Shown here piece by piece: positions 8,612-17,346 of a stretch of DNA of 63,236 bases (positions are counted from its first letter, which is position 1; the number at the start of each line of letters is the position of its first letter). Under the pieces are notes generated by a model. The model was not told the DNA's origin, did no database searches, and saw only the letters and a program-made list of their open reading frames with translations. Source of the DNA: Erysipelotrichaceae bacterium (lineage in GTDB: Bacteria; Bacillota_I; Bacilli_A; RFN20; CAG-826); NCBI GenBank assembly GCA_022777645.1, contig JALFFX010000005.1, forward strand, positions 1 to 63,236. The letters run 5' to 3'. The translations under genes and the position numbers were made by a program.

Positions 8612-9675
8612 TAATATAACGAGCCACCTTGTGGATTAAGTCCATTGAGCATATAAGAAACTTGATCATCAGTTAAGTCAGTTCCAAAATACTCTTTAAT
8701 GGTTGTTTTAACCATGTTTGAAATATCATATGAGAAATACTCAGGGTAAATCTTGTTAGCTTGGTCATAGAAGAATATTGGTGTCATAGCGGATAATTGT
8801 TCAAAAGCAGTAAATCCGATTGGGATGTTATAGACTTTATTGTTTTTAACCGCATCTAAATTAGTATATGGCTCTTCTGTTTTGAGGGCGTTGATGTTTT
8901 TGTTTTGATATTGACCACCACATACAAAGATATCTGGATTTTGAGCTACGATTTCTTCTTGAGAAGGTTTGTTTGTTGTTAAGGATGCGCCGATAAAATC
9001 AAATCCTAAAGATCTATATGCATATTCAGTGAAAGATCCTTGGTTGTCAGTATAACCAACACCTTTATCTTTATCTCCACGGACATAAAATACTTTCTTT
9101 TTGGTTATATCGTGCTTAGCTAGCTCAGTAGTTACCTCACTAATTGCGGTTGTGACTTTGTTTTCCCAAACTGCTGCTTTTGCTTTGATATCATCACCAT
9201 CCCAAATCTTAGTGACTAATTGAGATAAAAATGTGACGTAATTGTCAAATGTTGGATTTCCATACAAGGAAACACATAAAGCAGGCACACCGTGTGCATT
9301 TAAATCATCAGCAATGTACTTTTCAGGAGCAAATACTAAATCTACTCCTCTTGATAAGAAGAGCTCACTGCTATTTTGATACTCATATACATAATGATTT
9401 TTACTTTCTGGATAAATCAGTGGTACCCAATCATTATTTAATGTGCCTTTGTAAGCTCCATCAATTTTGTCTCCTAGACCATACGCTACTAATAAGTCAT
9501 ATGTTGTTCTAGAGACGCAAGCTACCTTTTTAGGGTTCTTGTTGATGGTTATGGTTGTGCCGACCATATCGGTTACAGATATTGTTTCTTGAGTTTCACC
9601 CTTATTGGAGCAACCTGTAATAACTCCAAGAGAAGTGACTGCCACTAAAAATGGCAAAAATTTACTTTTTAACAT
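8611..9675 (-). CDS. ABC substrate-binding lipoprotein (PF01497-like; siderophore, heme or B12 class)
   Basis: Lipobox LGVITGCS, followed by KKVACVSRTTYDLLVAYGLGDKIDG, typical of class III binding proteins. Confidence 0.75.
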   Translation of the reverse strand: MLKSKFLPFLVAVTSLGVITGCSNKGETQETISVTDMVGTTITINKNPKKVACVSRTTYDLLVAYGLGDKIDGAYKGTLNNDWVPLIYPESKNHYVYEYQNSSELFLSRGVDLVFAPEKYIADDLNAHGVPALCVSLYGNPTFDNYVTFLSQLVTKIWDGDDIKAKAAVWENKVTTAISEVTTELAKHDITKKKVFYVRGDKDKGVGYTDNQGSFTEYAYRSLGFDFIGASLTTNKPSQEEIVAQNPDIFVCGGQYQNKNINALKTEEPYTNLDAVKNNKVYNIPIGFTAFEQLSAMTPIFFYDQANKIYPEYFSYDISNMVKTTIKEYFGTDLTDDQVSYMLNGLNPQGGSLY

Positions 9676-9697
9676 ATAAAAAGGTCCTTTTCCTGGA

Positions 9698-9781
9698 GAT
9701 TAATAGTCAATAACCAGTCAGGCCGACAGATACGTTAACAAGACAAATAACGTATCAAATCGTTTTATAAGACTATTAATC
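9698..9781 (-). promoter_or_regulatory. Structured 5' leader of the ABC importer operon (nested hairpins)
   Basis: Outer 11-bp stem GATTAATAGTC (9698-9708 pairs with 9771-9781). Inner 9-bp stem GATACGTTA (9729-9737 pairs with 9748-9756). The outer arm abuts the RBS region at 9685-9694. Confidence 0.35.
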
Positions 9782-9855
9782 AACCAATTATATTTTAACA
9801 TATCTCGATTAAAGGCACCCACCCTAATATCAATTAGGGCAGGCACCAAATATAT

Positions 9856-11202
9856 TTAAATTGTGGCTTTAGGTTGTGTTGATACAGCAGCAACGCCATT
9901 GAATGAATTGAGAATCATTTCTACTTCACGCTTAGAAAGTCTCTCTTTTTGCTTTAGCTCTTTATAGATGGCATCAACAAGCGATTTGTTCTCAGAAATC
10001 AATGCTTTAGCTTTTTCAAATGCTTCAGTTAATAAATCGCATTCAAGTTCTTCAATCTTTTCAAGTCTTGTTTCTGAAGTTGGGAAAGATTCGTGGGAAA
10101 ATCTTCCAATTTGAGCGTTCGGTAATAATTTATCAAAGCCAAACGCACCAACATTAACTAGTTGAGAAATGTATTCTCTGGCTTTTCCGATATCATCGCT
10201 AGAACCGCTGGTTACGTCACCACACATAACTTGTTCACCAGCTAAACCACCAAGCATTGTTATTAATTTCTTTTTCAGTGTATCTCTTGTTACAGGCTCA
10301 AATTTAATGATCTCTTTATCATAATAAACATGACCCATAACTCTTCCGAATCTTTCGGTTGAGATAGAACCAACAATGCCACTTTGCTTATATTCTGCAA
10401 TAAAATGACCAATTTCATGATAGCAAGTCATATCACTTGGACCATTTCTGCTCTTCTTTTTGATATCTTGAAACATTACGACAGGGATATTTCTTTCAAA
10501 ATCAGCAAGTGTAATATTTTCAATACCTTGAGAAACACAATCAATAATTGTTTCGTTGATTAGTGTTTTAATATCAGCGCCAGAAAAGTTTGCGGTTTTA
10601 AGTGCCAGCTGATGAGCGTCAATATTGCTTAAGCGTTCGTTTCTTGAAAGATAGAGTTTAATTATTTCTTCTCTATCAATCGTATCAGGCATTTCAACTG
10701 TGATTCTTTTGTCCATTCGCCCACTTCTAATCAAAGCAGGAGGGAGCATTGGACGGTAATTTGTGGTGGCAATGACTAAAATGCCATCACTAGATGAGAT
10801 TCCATCAATTTCTGTTAATAGAATCTTTGTTGTTTTTCTTGAGTAGTCAGATCTGAAATCGGATGTCATGACTAATTCATCAAATTCGTCAATAAATACA
10901 ATTGATGGAGCGTTTTCTCTAGCTTTTGTGAATAACGCTTTAATAGATTTGATGGTTTCGGATTCGGTTTCGCCTTCGTTACTCTCGAATTCAAAGAACG
11001 GGACATTACTTTCGTTAGCTATAGCTTTAGCAAGCATAGTTTTACCCACACCGGGATTGCCGGAAAGGATTAAGCCTTTTGGAATATAGGCACCAATCTT
11101 TTCATACTTTTCGTGATTCTTTAAAACCTCGATTATTTTCTTTGCTTCGGCCTTTTCTTCTTCATAGCCAGCGATATCTTTTAAATAGATTTTATCGGTC
11201 AT
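9856..11202 (-). CDS. Soluble FtsH-like AAA+ ATPase fused to an M41 zinc metalloprotease (no transmembrane segment)
   Basis: Walker A GNPGVGKTMLAK, Walker B IVFIDEFDEL, SRH TTNYRPMLPPALIRSGRMDKRI, zinc site HEIGH, and GSSDDIGKAREY matching the FtsH G-x-x-ND-I-x-x-AT region. The protein starts directly at the AAA module. Confidence 0.75.
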   Translation of the reverse strand: MTDKIYLKDIAGYEEEKAEAKKIIEVLKNHEKYEKIGAYIPKGLILSGNPGVGKTMLAKAIANESNVPFFEFESNEGETESETIKSIKALFTKARENAPSIVFIDEFDELVMTSDFRSDYSRKTTKILLTEIDGISSSDGILVIATTNYRPMLPPALIRSGRMDKRITVEMPDTIDREEIIKLYLSRNERLSNIDAHQLALKTANFSGADIKTLINETIIDCVSQGIENITLADFERNIPVVMFQDIKKKSRNGPSDMTCYHEIGHFIAEYKQSGIVGSISTERFGRVMGHVYYDKEIIKFEPVTRDTLKKKLITMLGGLAGEQVMCGDVTSGSSDDIGKAREYISQLVNVGAFGFDKLLPNAQIGRFSHESFPTSETRLEKIEELECDLLTEAFEKAKALISENKSLVDAIYKELKQKERLSKREVEMILNSFNGVAAVSTQPKATI

Positions 11203-11321
11203 ATAGACCCCCTTTCATATTTGTAAATCTATCGAAAAAGCCATCATATCCCCGCTAAATTGCAGAAATTAGATGGCAAAACACAATTATTCGTTTTGTT
11301 ATTTTGCTCTCTTCTTTTTAA

Positions 11322-12118
11322 TTAAATCAAAGGCAAAATAGATGTTTGAAGGTCTTCAGGAAGATAGGGCATCACTTTATCTTCATCATAATAAGTTAGT
11401 CCATAATATGCTTCCGCTATTGAACCAGTAATTGCAGCTTGAGTATCACTATCAGCCCCTAAAGAGATGGCTTTTCTAATAGCGTCTTCAAAGCTTGTTG
11501 ATTCAATGAAAGCACATATGGCTTGTGGAACGCTTCCTTGGCATGTTACCCAGTTACCAAGTTCGTCAAGACCATATCCACTCGCTTTAAGCTTTGCGAT
11601 AGACATATCTGCAAGATCAGGGTAATAAGAGATCATTTTAGATTTGATTTCTTCTTTTGATTCACCAGTTCTTGCCATGAATATTGCCACGGCTATTGCT
11701 TCAGCGCCTTTTATGCTTCTGGATGATTGTGTGTAATCTCAGTAGTCAATTTACTCAATTCAATTGTTTCCTCTAAGGTATCACACACCCATCCAACCGG
11801 AGATATTCTCATAGCAGACCCATTTCCATAATTACTTAATGGAGTTGGAACACTGTATTTGAATAACTAGGCATAAAACATTTTTTCCCAACCAAAATTA
11901 GGATGTTTATGAGTTATATCCTTCATGTTTCTGATTAGGGTATTTTTATAATTATCTCTGTTGTTTCTTGTTACCACTAAGGTTAAAGCCACAGCAAGAG
12001 TCATCAATGTATCTTCTGCAAAATGGCAGGATGGATGAAACATCGGGAAGTCATATTCGTTGAACCCAGATAATTCAAACCTGGATCCAACGATAGCACC
12101 ATATATTGCGCCCAGCAT
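11322..12118 (-). pseudogene. ADP-ribosylglycohydrolase (ARH) family gene, disrupted
   Basis: N-terminus MLGAIYGAIVGSRFE..., middle GNGSAMRISPVGW, C-terminus SDTQAAITGSIAEAYYG. An in-frame TAG lies at 11867-11869 and a +1 frame change lies near 11690-11720. Confidence 0.7.
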
Positions 12119-13104
12119 TATTTCTTCTCACACATATCTACAAATTCTTGATATGTAATGATTTTGCCAGCGTATGGGTATCTTAACCCATTAGCTAGTT
12201 GCTCTTTATTCTTTTCATCTAAGACGACAAGGAAGTCGGAACCGTTAATTCTGTCATAAGCAACAAAACCATTTTCTTCAATGAGCCTAATGAGATTCTT
12301 GAGTTCTTCGTGATTCTCTTTCATTTCGCCACTAACGGTCACAAATTTGCCAATTGAGTTCGCGTCTTCAAGCAATGGTTCGTGTTTACGATATAATTCG
12401 CCCCATAATACTTGTCCTTCATCTCTTTTGGCTTTGTTCTTGCGACCTTGTTCTCTAGCCTTTCGTCTTTCTTTTCTTAGTGGTTCATCAGCTTTATATC
12501 GTTCCCAATACTCTAAAGCCATTATTTTTGATTTTGGACACGCTTCAATCATGTCATTAACTGAGAACTCTAAGTCTTTCAACATAGCAGCAAAGACAAG
12601 CATAGTCTTATATGCATCATCAACAGCTCTATGATCTTTTAGTTCGTTTCTAATATGTTCAGGAACCAATTCAAGGAAAGCTTTTTCTAAAGATGTAAAC
12701 TTACTGTTCTTTCTTGAGAATTCAGGTAGCATCTTTTGAATGTCATAAACTACATAATCAAATGGTTTAAGTTTATAAATAGGGCGGTTGCAATCTTTGA
12801 TAATGAATCTAATATCGTTTTCTACACCATGACCAAAGATTAATAAATCTGGTTGAGTCATGAGGAACTTGATATTGTCATAAGCATCATCAAAAGCGGG
12901 ATGTTTGTAATACTCTTCATATGGATATGTAAGTATTAGGTCCTTCTGCCCTGTTCTTCCAGTCAAATTAAATTTGCACTCAGGGTTAATAAGTGTGTTT
13001 GTTTTCTTTATGATTCTAAACTGTTCATCACAAAGGACAAATCCGAACTCACAAATAGCTTTATTGCCATCTGCACATTCGATATCGAAAAATAAGTATC
13101 GCAT
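12118..13104 (-). CDS. DEDDh (DnaQ-like) 3'-5' exonuclease with a BRCT-like C-terminal domain
   Basis: ExoI FFDIECA, ExoII FGHGVENDIRF, ExoIII HRAVDDAYKT. C-terminus: VTVSGEMKENHEELKNLIRLIEENGFVAYDRINGSDFLVVLDE...AGKIITYQEF. Its stop overlaps the ARH start (TAATG). Confidence 0.7.
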   Translation of the reverse strand: MRYLFFDIECADGNKAICEFGFVLCDEQFRIIKKTNTLINPECKFNLTGRTGQKDLILTYPYEEYYKHPAFDDAYDNIKFLMTQPDLLIFGHGVENDIRFIIKDCNRPIYKLKPFDYVVYDIQKMLPEFSRKNSKFTSLEKAFLELVPEHIRNELKDHRAVDDAYKTMLVFAAMLKDLEFSVNDMIEACPKSKIMALEYWERYKADEPLRKERRKAREQGRKNKAKRDEGQVLWGELYRKHEPLLEDANSIGKFVTVSGEMKENHEELKNLIRLIEENGFVAYDRINGSDFLVVLDEKNKEQLANGLRYPYAGKIITYQEFVDMCEKK

Positions 13105-13251
13105 AAATATACCTCTCTTTCTTGCGGGATACAGATATACTCGTAGTTAGCGAGAAATATCCTATAGGAAGTTTTGTTCATATTTTATATAGGAATATAA
13201 AATTTAAAGACTAGTTTACCGTAAGTTTTTTGATGTTTTTAAGAAAACGAT

Positions 13252-16050
13252 TTAGTCTTTTCTATTATAGTTATATTTATTAAATAAGGTATACTGCGCT
13301 CTTTCGCCAGGTGCGGTTTTTCTTAAAGTTGGCAAAGCTCTAACATCGTCATTAAATAGTGATTTAAGAGTATAGCCCAACTTGTCTGAGAAATTACTAA
13401 TGATGTAAAGGAAAATGAAACTTTTTGAATAGCCATCATCTCTTTTTTCTAGCGCTTTAATAATTAATTTTGCTTTTTCCGGAGTATTTATTTTTCGTTT
13501 GAGTTCTATGTACGCTTTTTTGATTGCATTATTAAAATTCATTTTCTTCAATTCAAAATCATTATTCCTACTTTGATCTCTGATCTTGGTCACTGCTTCA
13601 TTAGTTGCATCCAATATTTCAATTGCCTCTCTAACTTGCGCGTAAACAGGCCCAGAAATATTTTTTGTATCAAGCCCTTCACAAATTAGGTCAAAGAATG
13701 GAATTGTTTTTGTTCTAATATCACTGTCAAATTTATTTCTACTTACGGCATCCCATAAGTAATCCATTGCCGTTTTAAACTCTCGCTCTTTATTACTTTC
13801 TTCTTTGATTTTACTGATCTTTGGCTTATGGCCATTCTTTTTAGTTACAACAGTAAAGAATAACGGCTTTGTTTTTAGGAGCCCATTTACCTTAGCGTAT
13901 TTTCTTAATCTGTTATATTCTGTTGTTGTATTGAATGGAAATGAGCGTTTGGCGCTATCAATTTCTGCACCAGATAAAACCGATAAAATAGCTATTTGAT
14001 TATATAACTCTTTGTAAGCTTTATTTTTTCCATTACCGAATTTATTCCATAAGTGGCTATTTAACAATTGAGACAAATTAACTATCTTTCCAACATTATT
14101 GTTAGCAATCTCGTTATCGATCGTATAAAGATTCAAAATTAAGTTAGTTTTCTCATCATGACATTTGAAATCTTTTAAAGGTTTTTTCTGCGAACCAAAA
14201 CCAGTAAAAGGAACAGGGAATAAACTATAATTCTTTTCGGCAGCAGCAACAAGGATATCGTTATCTGTTAAGAGCATTGAATCTGAGTCATAATCACACC
14301 CACTTAACCTCTGCTGAATATTGTTGTTAATAGCGTCAACTACCACTATTTGCTTGGTAAGATTGAAATACTGATTAATTTCTTTTAATTCTTTATTCTC
14401 AACCAATAAGACATTACCCATTGTTGTATGAGGCGCTCTGGAACCAACAAGCTTCTTTCCATTTTCAAAGAACGAACAACATATTTCTCCATCTTTCAAC
14501 AAAGAGGACGGACAGTTAGGATCAAAGCTTTTAATAATATATTTTAAATATTCATAAGGATTTCCAAACAAAGTTGCATATGTTCCATTAACAAGGACTT
14601 TTCCGTTATAAAGTTTTAAAAGTAAGCTATCAACTACACTACTGAAAACGCGTTTTTTAAACAAATCTGTGTGTCTAACTCTTCCATCAATTTTTATTAG
14701 TTCAAGACACACTTTGTTCTTAAAAGAATAGCTCGAGTAATTAAGTAGTTCTTTTTCAGCATTAATATCATTGGTATCCTTTGAATCATCGCTGTAGTCG
14801 TCATATTGATTCCCTGTGTCTTCACCCTCTAAATAAAAGCGAATAAACTCAGGCGTGTTTTTAATATCTCTAATGAGTTTAATATATTCAAAATAAAGAT
14901 GAACAAAGTTGCTTACATTATTTTGCTTTAGCTGAAGTGAATTAAGTAGTTGATAAGTTGTTTCCACCATTTCGCCATCAAAAAATCTGGTAGGCTTGTC
15001 TGTTTTAACAACGCCGAATTTTGTTTCATCTGTGTTGATTTCGTCACACCATCTCTTAATATTTTCTTTAGAAAAACCGCCGTCACACATCTTTAGATAT
15101 TTGAGGCACGATTCACTAGCCACCAAGACAATATCATCTATAGATTTTGCAAATGTAACGCCATTCAATTGATCAAGACTAGTTATGTTGTTGTCTTTAA
15201 ACCATTTTTTTAGATTTGTGTTAAAGGCGCAGCACTTAAAGAAACGACTTCTTAGCAGCATCATTCCTTTCTTTTGCTTTTTTATTTTTCTAAAAACACT
15301 TTCATCAAGTAGCCCTTCGCCATCAAAAATATTGTTCTCGACATCACATATAGATTCTTCGGCATTGAGTCCACTCTTTTTGTCGTGATAAACCCTAACA
15401 ACGTTTTGGTTCTTTAGAGTTACCTTCACGTCTTTAACAAACAAAATATTGTATGGATTTAAGTCTAATGTGGTAATGACACTACTTAACGATAAAGCTC
15501 TGTAAGCTTCATACGATGTTAAATCTTTAAAACACAAGTCTTTAAATTCATCCAATCCAGCTCTTGACCATTTGGTCATCATAGGAGAAAGATCTTTTTT
15601 AATGAATAAGCAACTTCCGCCTTTAGCAGCTCCGCTTGAACGTTTATATCTAACATACTTTTTTCCATTCAAGACAAAACCATTTAGGTATAGATACTTT
15701 CTAATATCTTGAATAGGTATCTTTGTTTCAAACTTCTTGGTTGGAATAACCTGTTCTTTCTTCTTATTTACATAAAGGGGGTATTTAAATGAGACGTTGA
15801 CAAAAACATCAGAGTAATACTCTTCCCCTAACTTTTTGAGCGTTAGTTCCTTTTTGCTTTCTAAATAATATAAATCTAGGTTAGGCGGCACAATGTCTGA
15901 ATACTTGTCGTTAAATTCATCCTTGCCATTCTTGATTTCTATTGGCTTATTGTAGATTGATGAGTAATAAAGGTCTGCAGCTTCTATTTCAATAAATCTA
16001 ATATTATCCATATAGATAAGTTTATCATTTATGGGCTTAAAACTCGTCAT
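13252..16050 (-). CDS. Eukaryotic-type RdRP / YonO-like two-barrel (DPBB) polymerase homolog
   Basis: Ordered motifs: RSSGAAKGGSCLF (aa 137-149), FDGEGLL (242-248), LLRSRFFKCCAF (265-276), GSRAPHTTMGNVLLV (536-550), SGCDYDSDSMLL (583-594). DYDSD is encoded at 14281-14295 and was verified on the DNA. Confidence 0.55.
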   Translation of the reverse strand: MTSFKPINDKLIYMDNIRFIEIEAADLYYSSIYNKPIEIKNGKDEFNDKYSDIVPPNLDLYYLESKKELTLKKLGEEYYSDVFVNVSFKYPLYVNKKKEQVIPTKKFETKIPIQDIRKYLYLNGFVLNGKKYVRYKRSSGAAKGGSCLFIKKDLSPMMTKWSRAGLDEFKDLCFKDLTSYEAYRALSLSSVITTLDLNPYNILFVKDVKVTLKNQNVVRVYHDKKSGLNAEESICDVENNIFDGEGLLDESVFRKIKKQKKGMMLLRSRFFKCCAFNTNLKKWFKDNNITSLDQLNGVTFAKSIDDIVLVASESCLKYLKMCDGGFSKENIKRWCDEINTDETKFGVVKTDKPTRFFDGEMVETTYQLLNSLQLKQNNVSNFVHLYFEYIKLIRDIKNTPEFIRFYLEGEDTGNQYDDYSDDSKDTNDINAEKELLNYSSYSFKNKVCLELIKIDGRVRHTDLFKKRVFSSVVDSLLLKLYNGKVLVNGTYATLFGNPYEYLKYIIKSFDPNCPSSLLKDGEICCSFFENGKKLVGSRAPHTTMGNVLLVENKELKEINQYFNLTKQIVVVDAINNNIQQRLSGCDYDSDSMLLTDNDILVAAAEKNYSLFPVPFTGFGSQKKPLKDFKCHDEKTNLILNLYTIDNEIANNNVGKIVNLSQLLNSHLWNKFGNGKNKAYKELYNQIAILSVLSGAEIDSAKRSFPFNTTTEYNRLRKYAKVNGLLKTKPLFFTVVTKKNGHKPKISKIKEESNKEREFKTAMDYLWDAVSRNKFDSDIRTKTIPFFDLICEGLDTKNISGPVYAQVREAIEILDATNEAVTKIRDQSRNNDFELKKMNFNNAIKKAYIELKRKINTPEKAKLIIKALEKRDDGYSKSFIFLYIISNFSDKLGYTLKSLFNDDVRALPTLRKTAPGERAQYTLFNKYNYNRKD

Positions 16051-16123
16051 ATTTATTAGAGTATCGTTTTTCTTACTGCTTATGTTGTTTTGTCCCCATA
16101 TTGGTTACAAAAAAATCTACCGA

Positions 16124-16327
16124 TTACTCGATAGAAATTCTTGTAATGTCGAGAAGCTTGCAAATCTTGAAGAATGTGTCAATGTCTGTACCGCGATTTA
16201 GAATTCTGGAAACGGTCTTACGACTTGCGCCTAACTTCTTGCCGAAATTAGTTTGATTCTTATATTTGTCTTTGATTCGACATTTAATTTCTTCCATCAC
16301 TTTAGCGGAAGAGAAGCAATCATTCAT
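16124..16327 (-). CDS. Small Xre/Cro-type HTH protein
   Basis: NQTNFGKKLGASRKTVSRILNRGTDIDTFFKICKLLDI. Strong RBS GGAGGAGGAAAG. Confidence 0.65.
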   Translation of the reverse strand: MNDCFSSAKVMEEIKCRIKDKYKNQTNFGKKLGASRKTVSRILNRGTDIDTFFKICKLLDITRISIE

Positions 16328-16380
16328 AAATCTTTCCTCCTCCGTAAAACTGAGGTTAGATTAATGATTGCTCAACTATT

Positions 16381-17346
16381 TTATATCAAATCAAAATAAT
16401 TGTCTTTTAAAATTCTCAATAGCGATTCGTCAGAGTTCCACCAAGACTCACCAGGTTCTTCGTCATAAACCAATTTGCAGAACTCTTTTGAAAACTCTAG
16501 CAGATTATTTAGGATGTCATCTACAAACGTTGGACCTATCTTAAGCCAATGTCCTGCATACATGCCATTTTCGTATGGTTTGCCTGCTTCTTTTTTTGAA
16601 TAAACATGCTGTGCCAAAAAAGCCTTTAAGTTCGCATCTTTTTCTCTAGAATTACACGCAATGGATAAATATGATTTCACAGTATTGTGTTTTAAGAAGT
16701 TATCAATTTTGTTCAATAAATCAAAGTACTTGAAATGTTGAAGTTGAAAAAGCGGATTCGTTTCAGCACTTGTGGCGCCAGTCTTTGCTTGAACATAGTC
16801 ACAAAATGATCCAAACGTAAAATCATAGTTGTTTGGATAGCCACGGTCTTTTATAACAACAAGAAGAGCACGGAAGTACTCGGCAAATATTTTTTGAATA
16901 TACTGAAGGTGAATGCTTTTAATTACTTCATCGTATTTATTCTCTCTTCTTAAGCTTTCCCTTAAAGCTTCAAATTCAATTTCTTCCATATCTTCTCCAG
17001 GTGAAGAGGAAAACATTAACTGACTAGTTCTGGATTGATCATAAACTTGTCTTGGGGTTGTCAAACCCTTAATAGCATCTTTGTATTCTGTGTTCCAATC
17101 TTTAGCCAATATATTAAGTTGCGTTCTTAACAGATTGATTGCCCATTCACTTTCGCTTTTATGTTTTGGAACAAAATAATGGGTGTTTCTCGGCATTGAA
17201 AACATTGCTTCAGGAAAAGACCCATCACAATGGAGTTTCTTTAATCTTTTGGTGTCAATATGATATCTTCCATCTTTTAAATGGAAACCATAATAGGTGT
17301 AGTCACTTGGACTATATTTAGAATAGTCGAATAATTCTTTAGCCAT
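16381..17346 (-). CDS. Hypothetical protein (no recognisable domain)
   Basis: Long ORF. I prefer the ATG at 17346 (MAKELFDYSKY) because AAAGAGG lies 7 nt upstream. Confidence 0.5.
   Translation of the reverse strand: MAKELFDYSKYSPSDYTYYGFHLKDGRYHIDTKRLKKLHCDGSFPEAMFSMPRNTHYFVPKHKSESEWAINLLRTQLNILAKDWNTEYKDAIKGLTTPRQVYDQSRTSQLMFSSSPGEDMEEIEFEALRESLRRENKYDEVIKSIHLQYIQKIFAEYFRALLVVIKDRGYPNNYDFTFGSFCDYVQAKTGATSAETNPLFQLQHFKYFDLLNKIDNFLKHNTVKSYLSIACNSREKDANLKAFLAQHVYSKKEAGKPYENGMYAGHWLKIGPTFVDDILNNLLEFSKEFCKLVYDEEPGESWWNSDESLLRILKDNYFDLI

Noticed and set aside
9676-9855. A cobalamin riboswitch upstream of the BtuF-like ABC importer.
   Set aside because: I could not find a B12-box-like GCCACUG core or the other conserved cobalamin-riboswitch segments. 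I kept it only as an unclassified structured leader.
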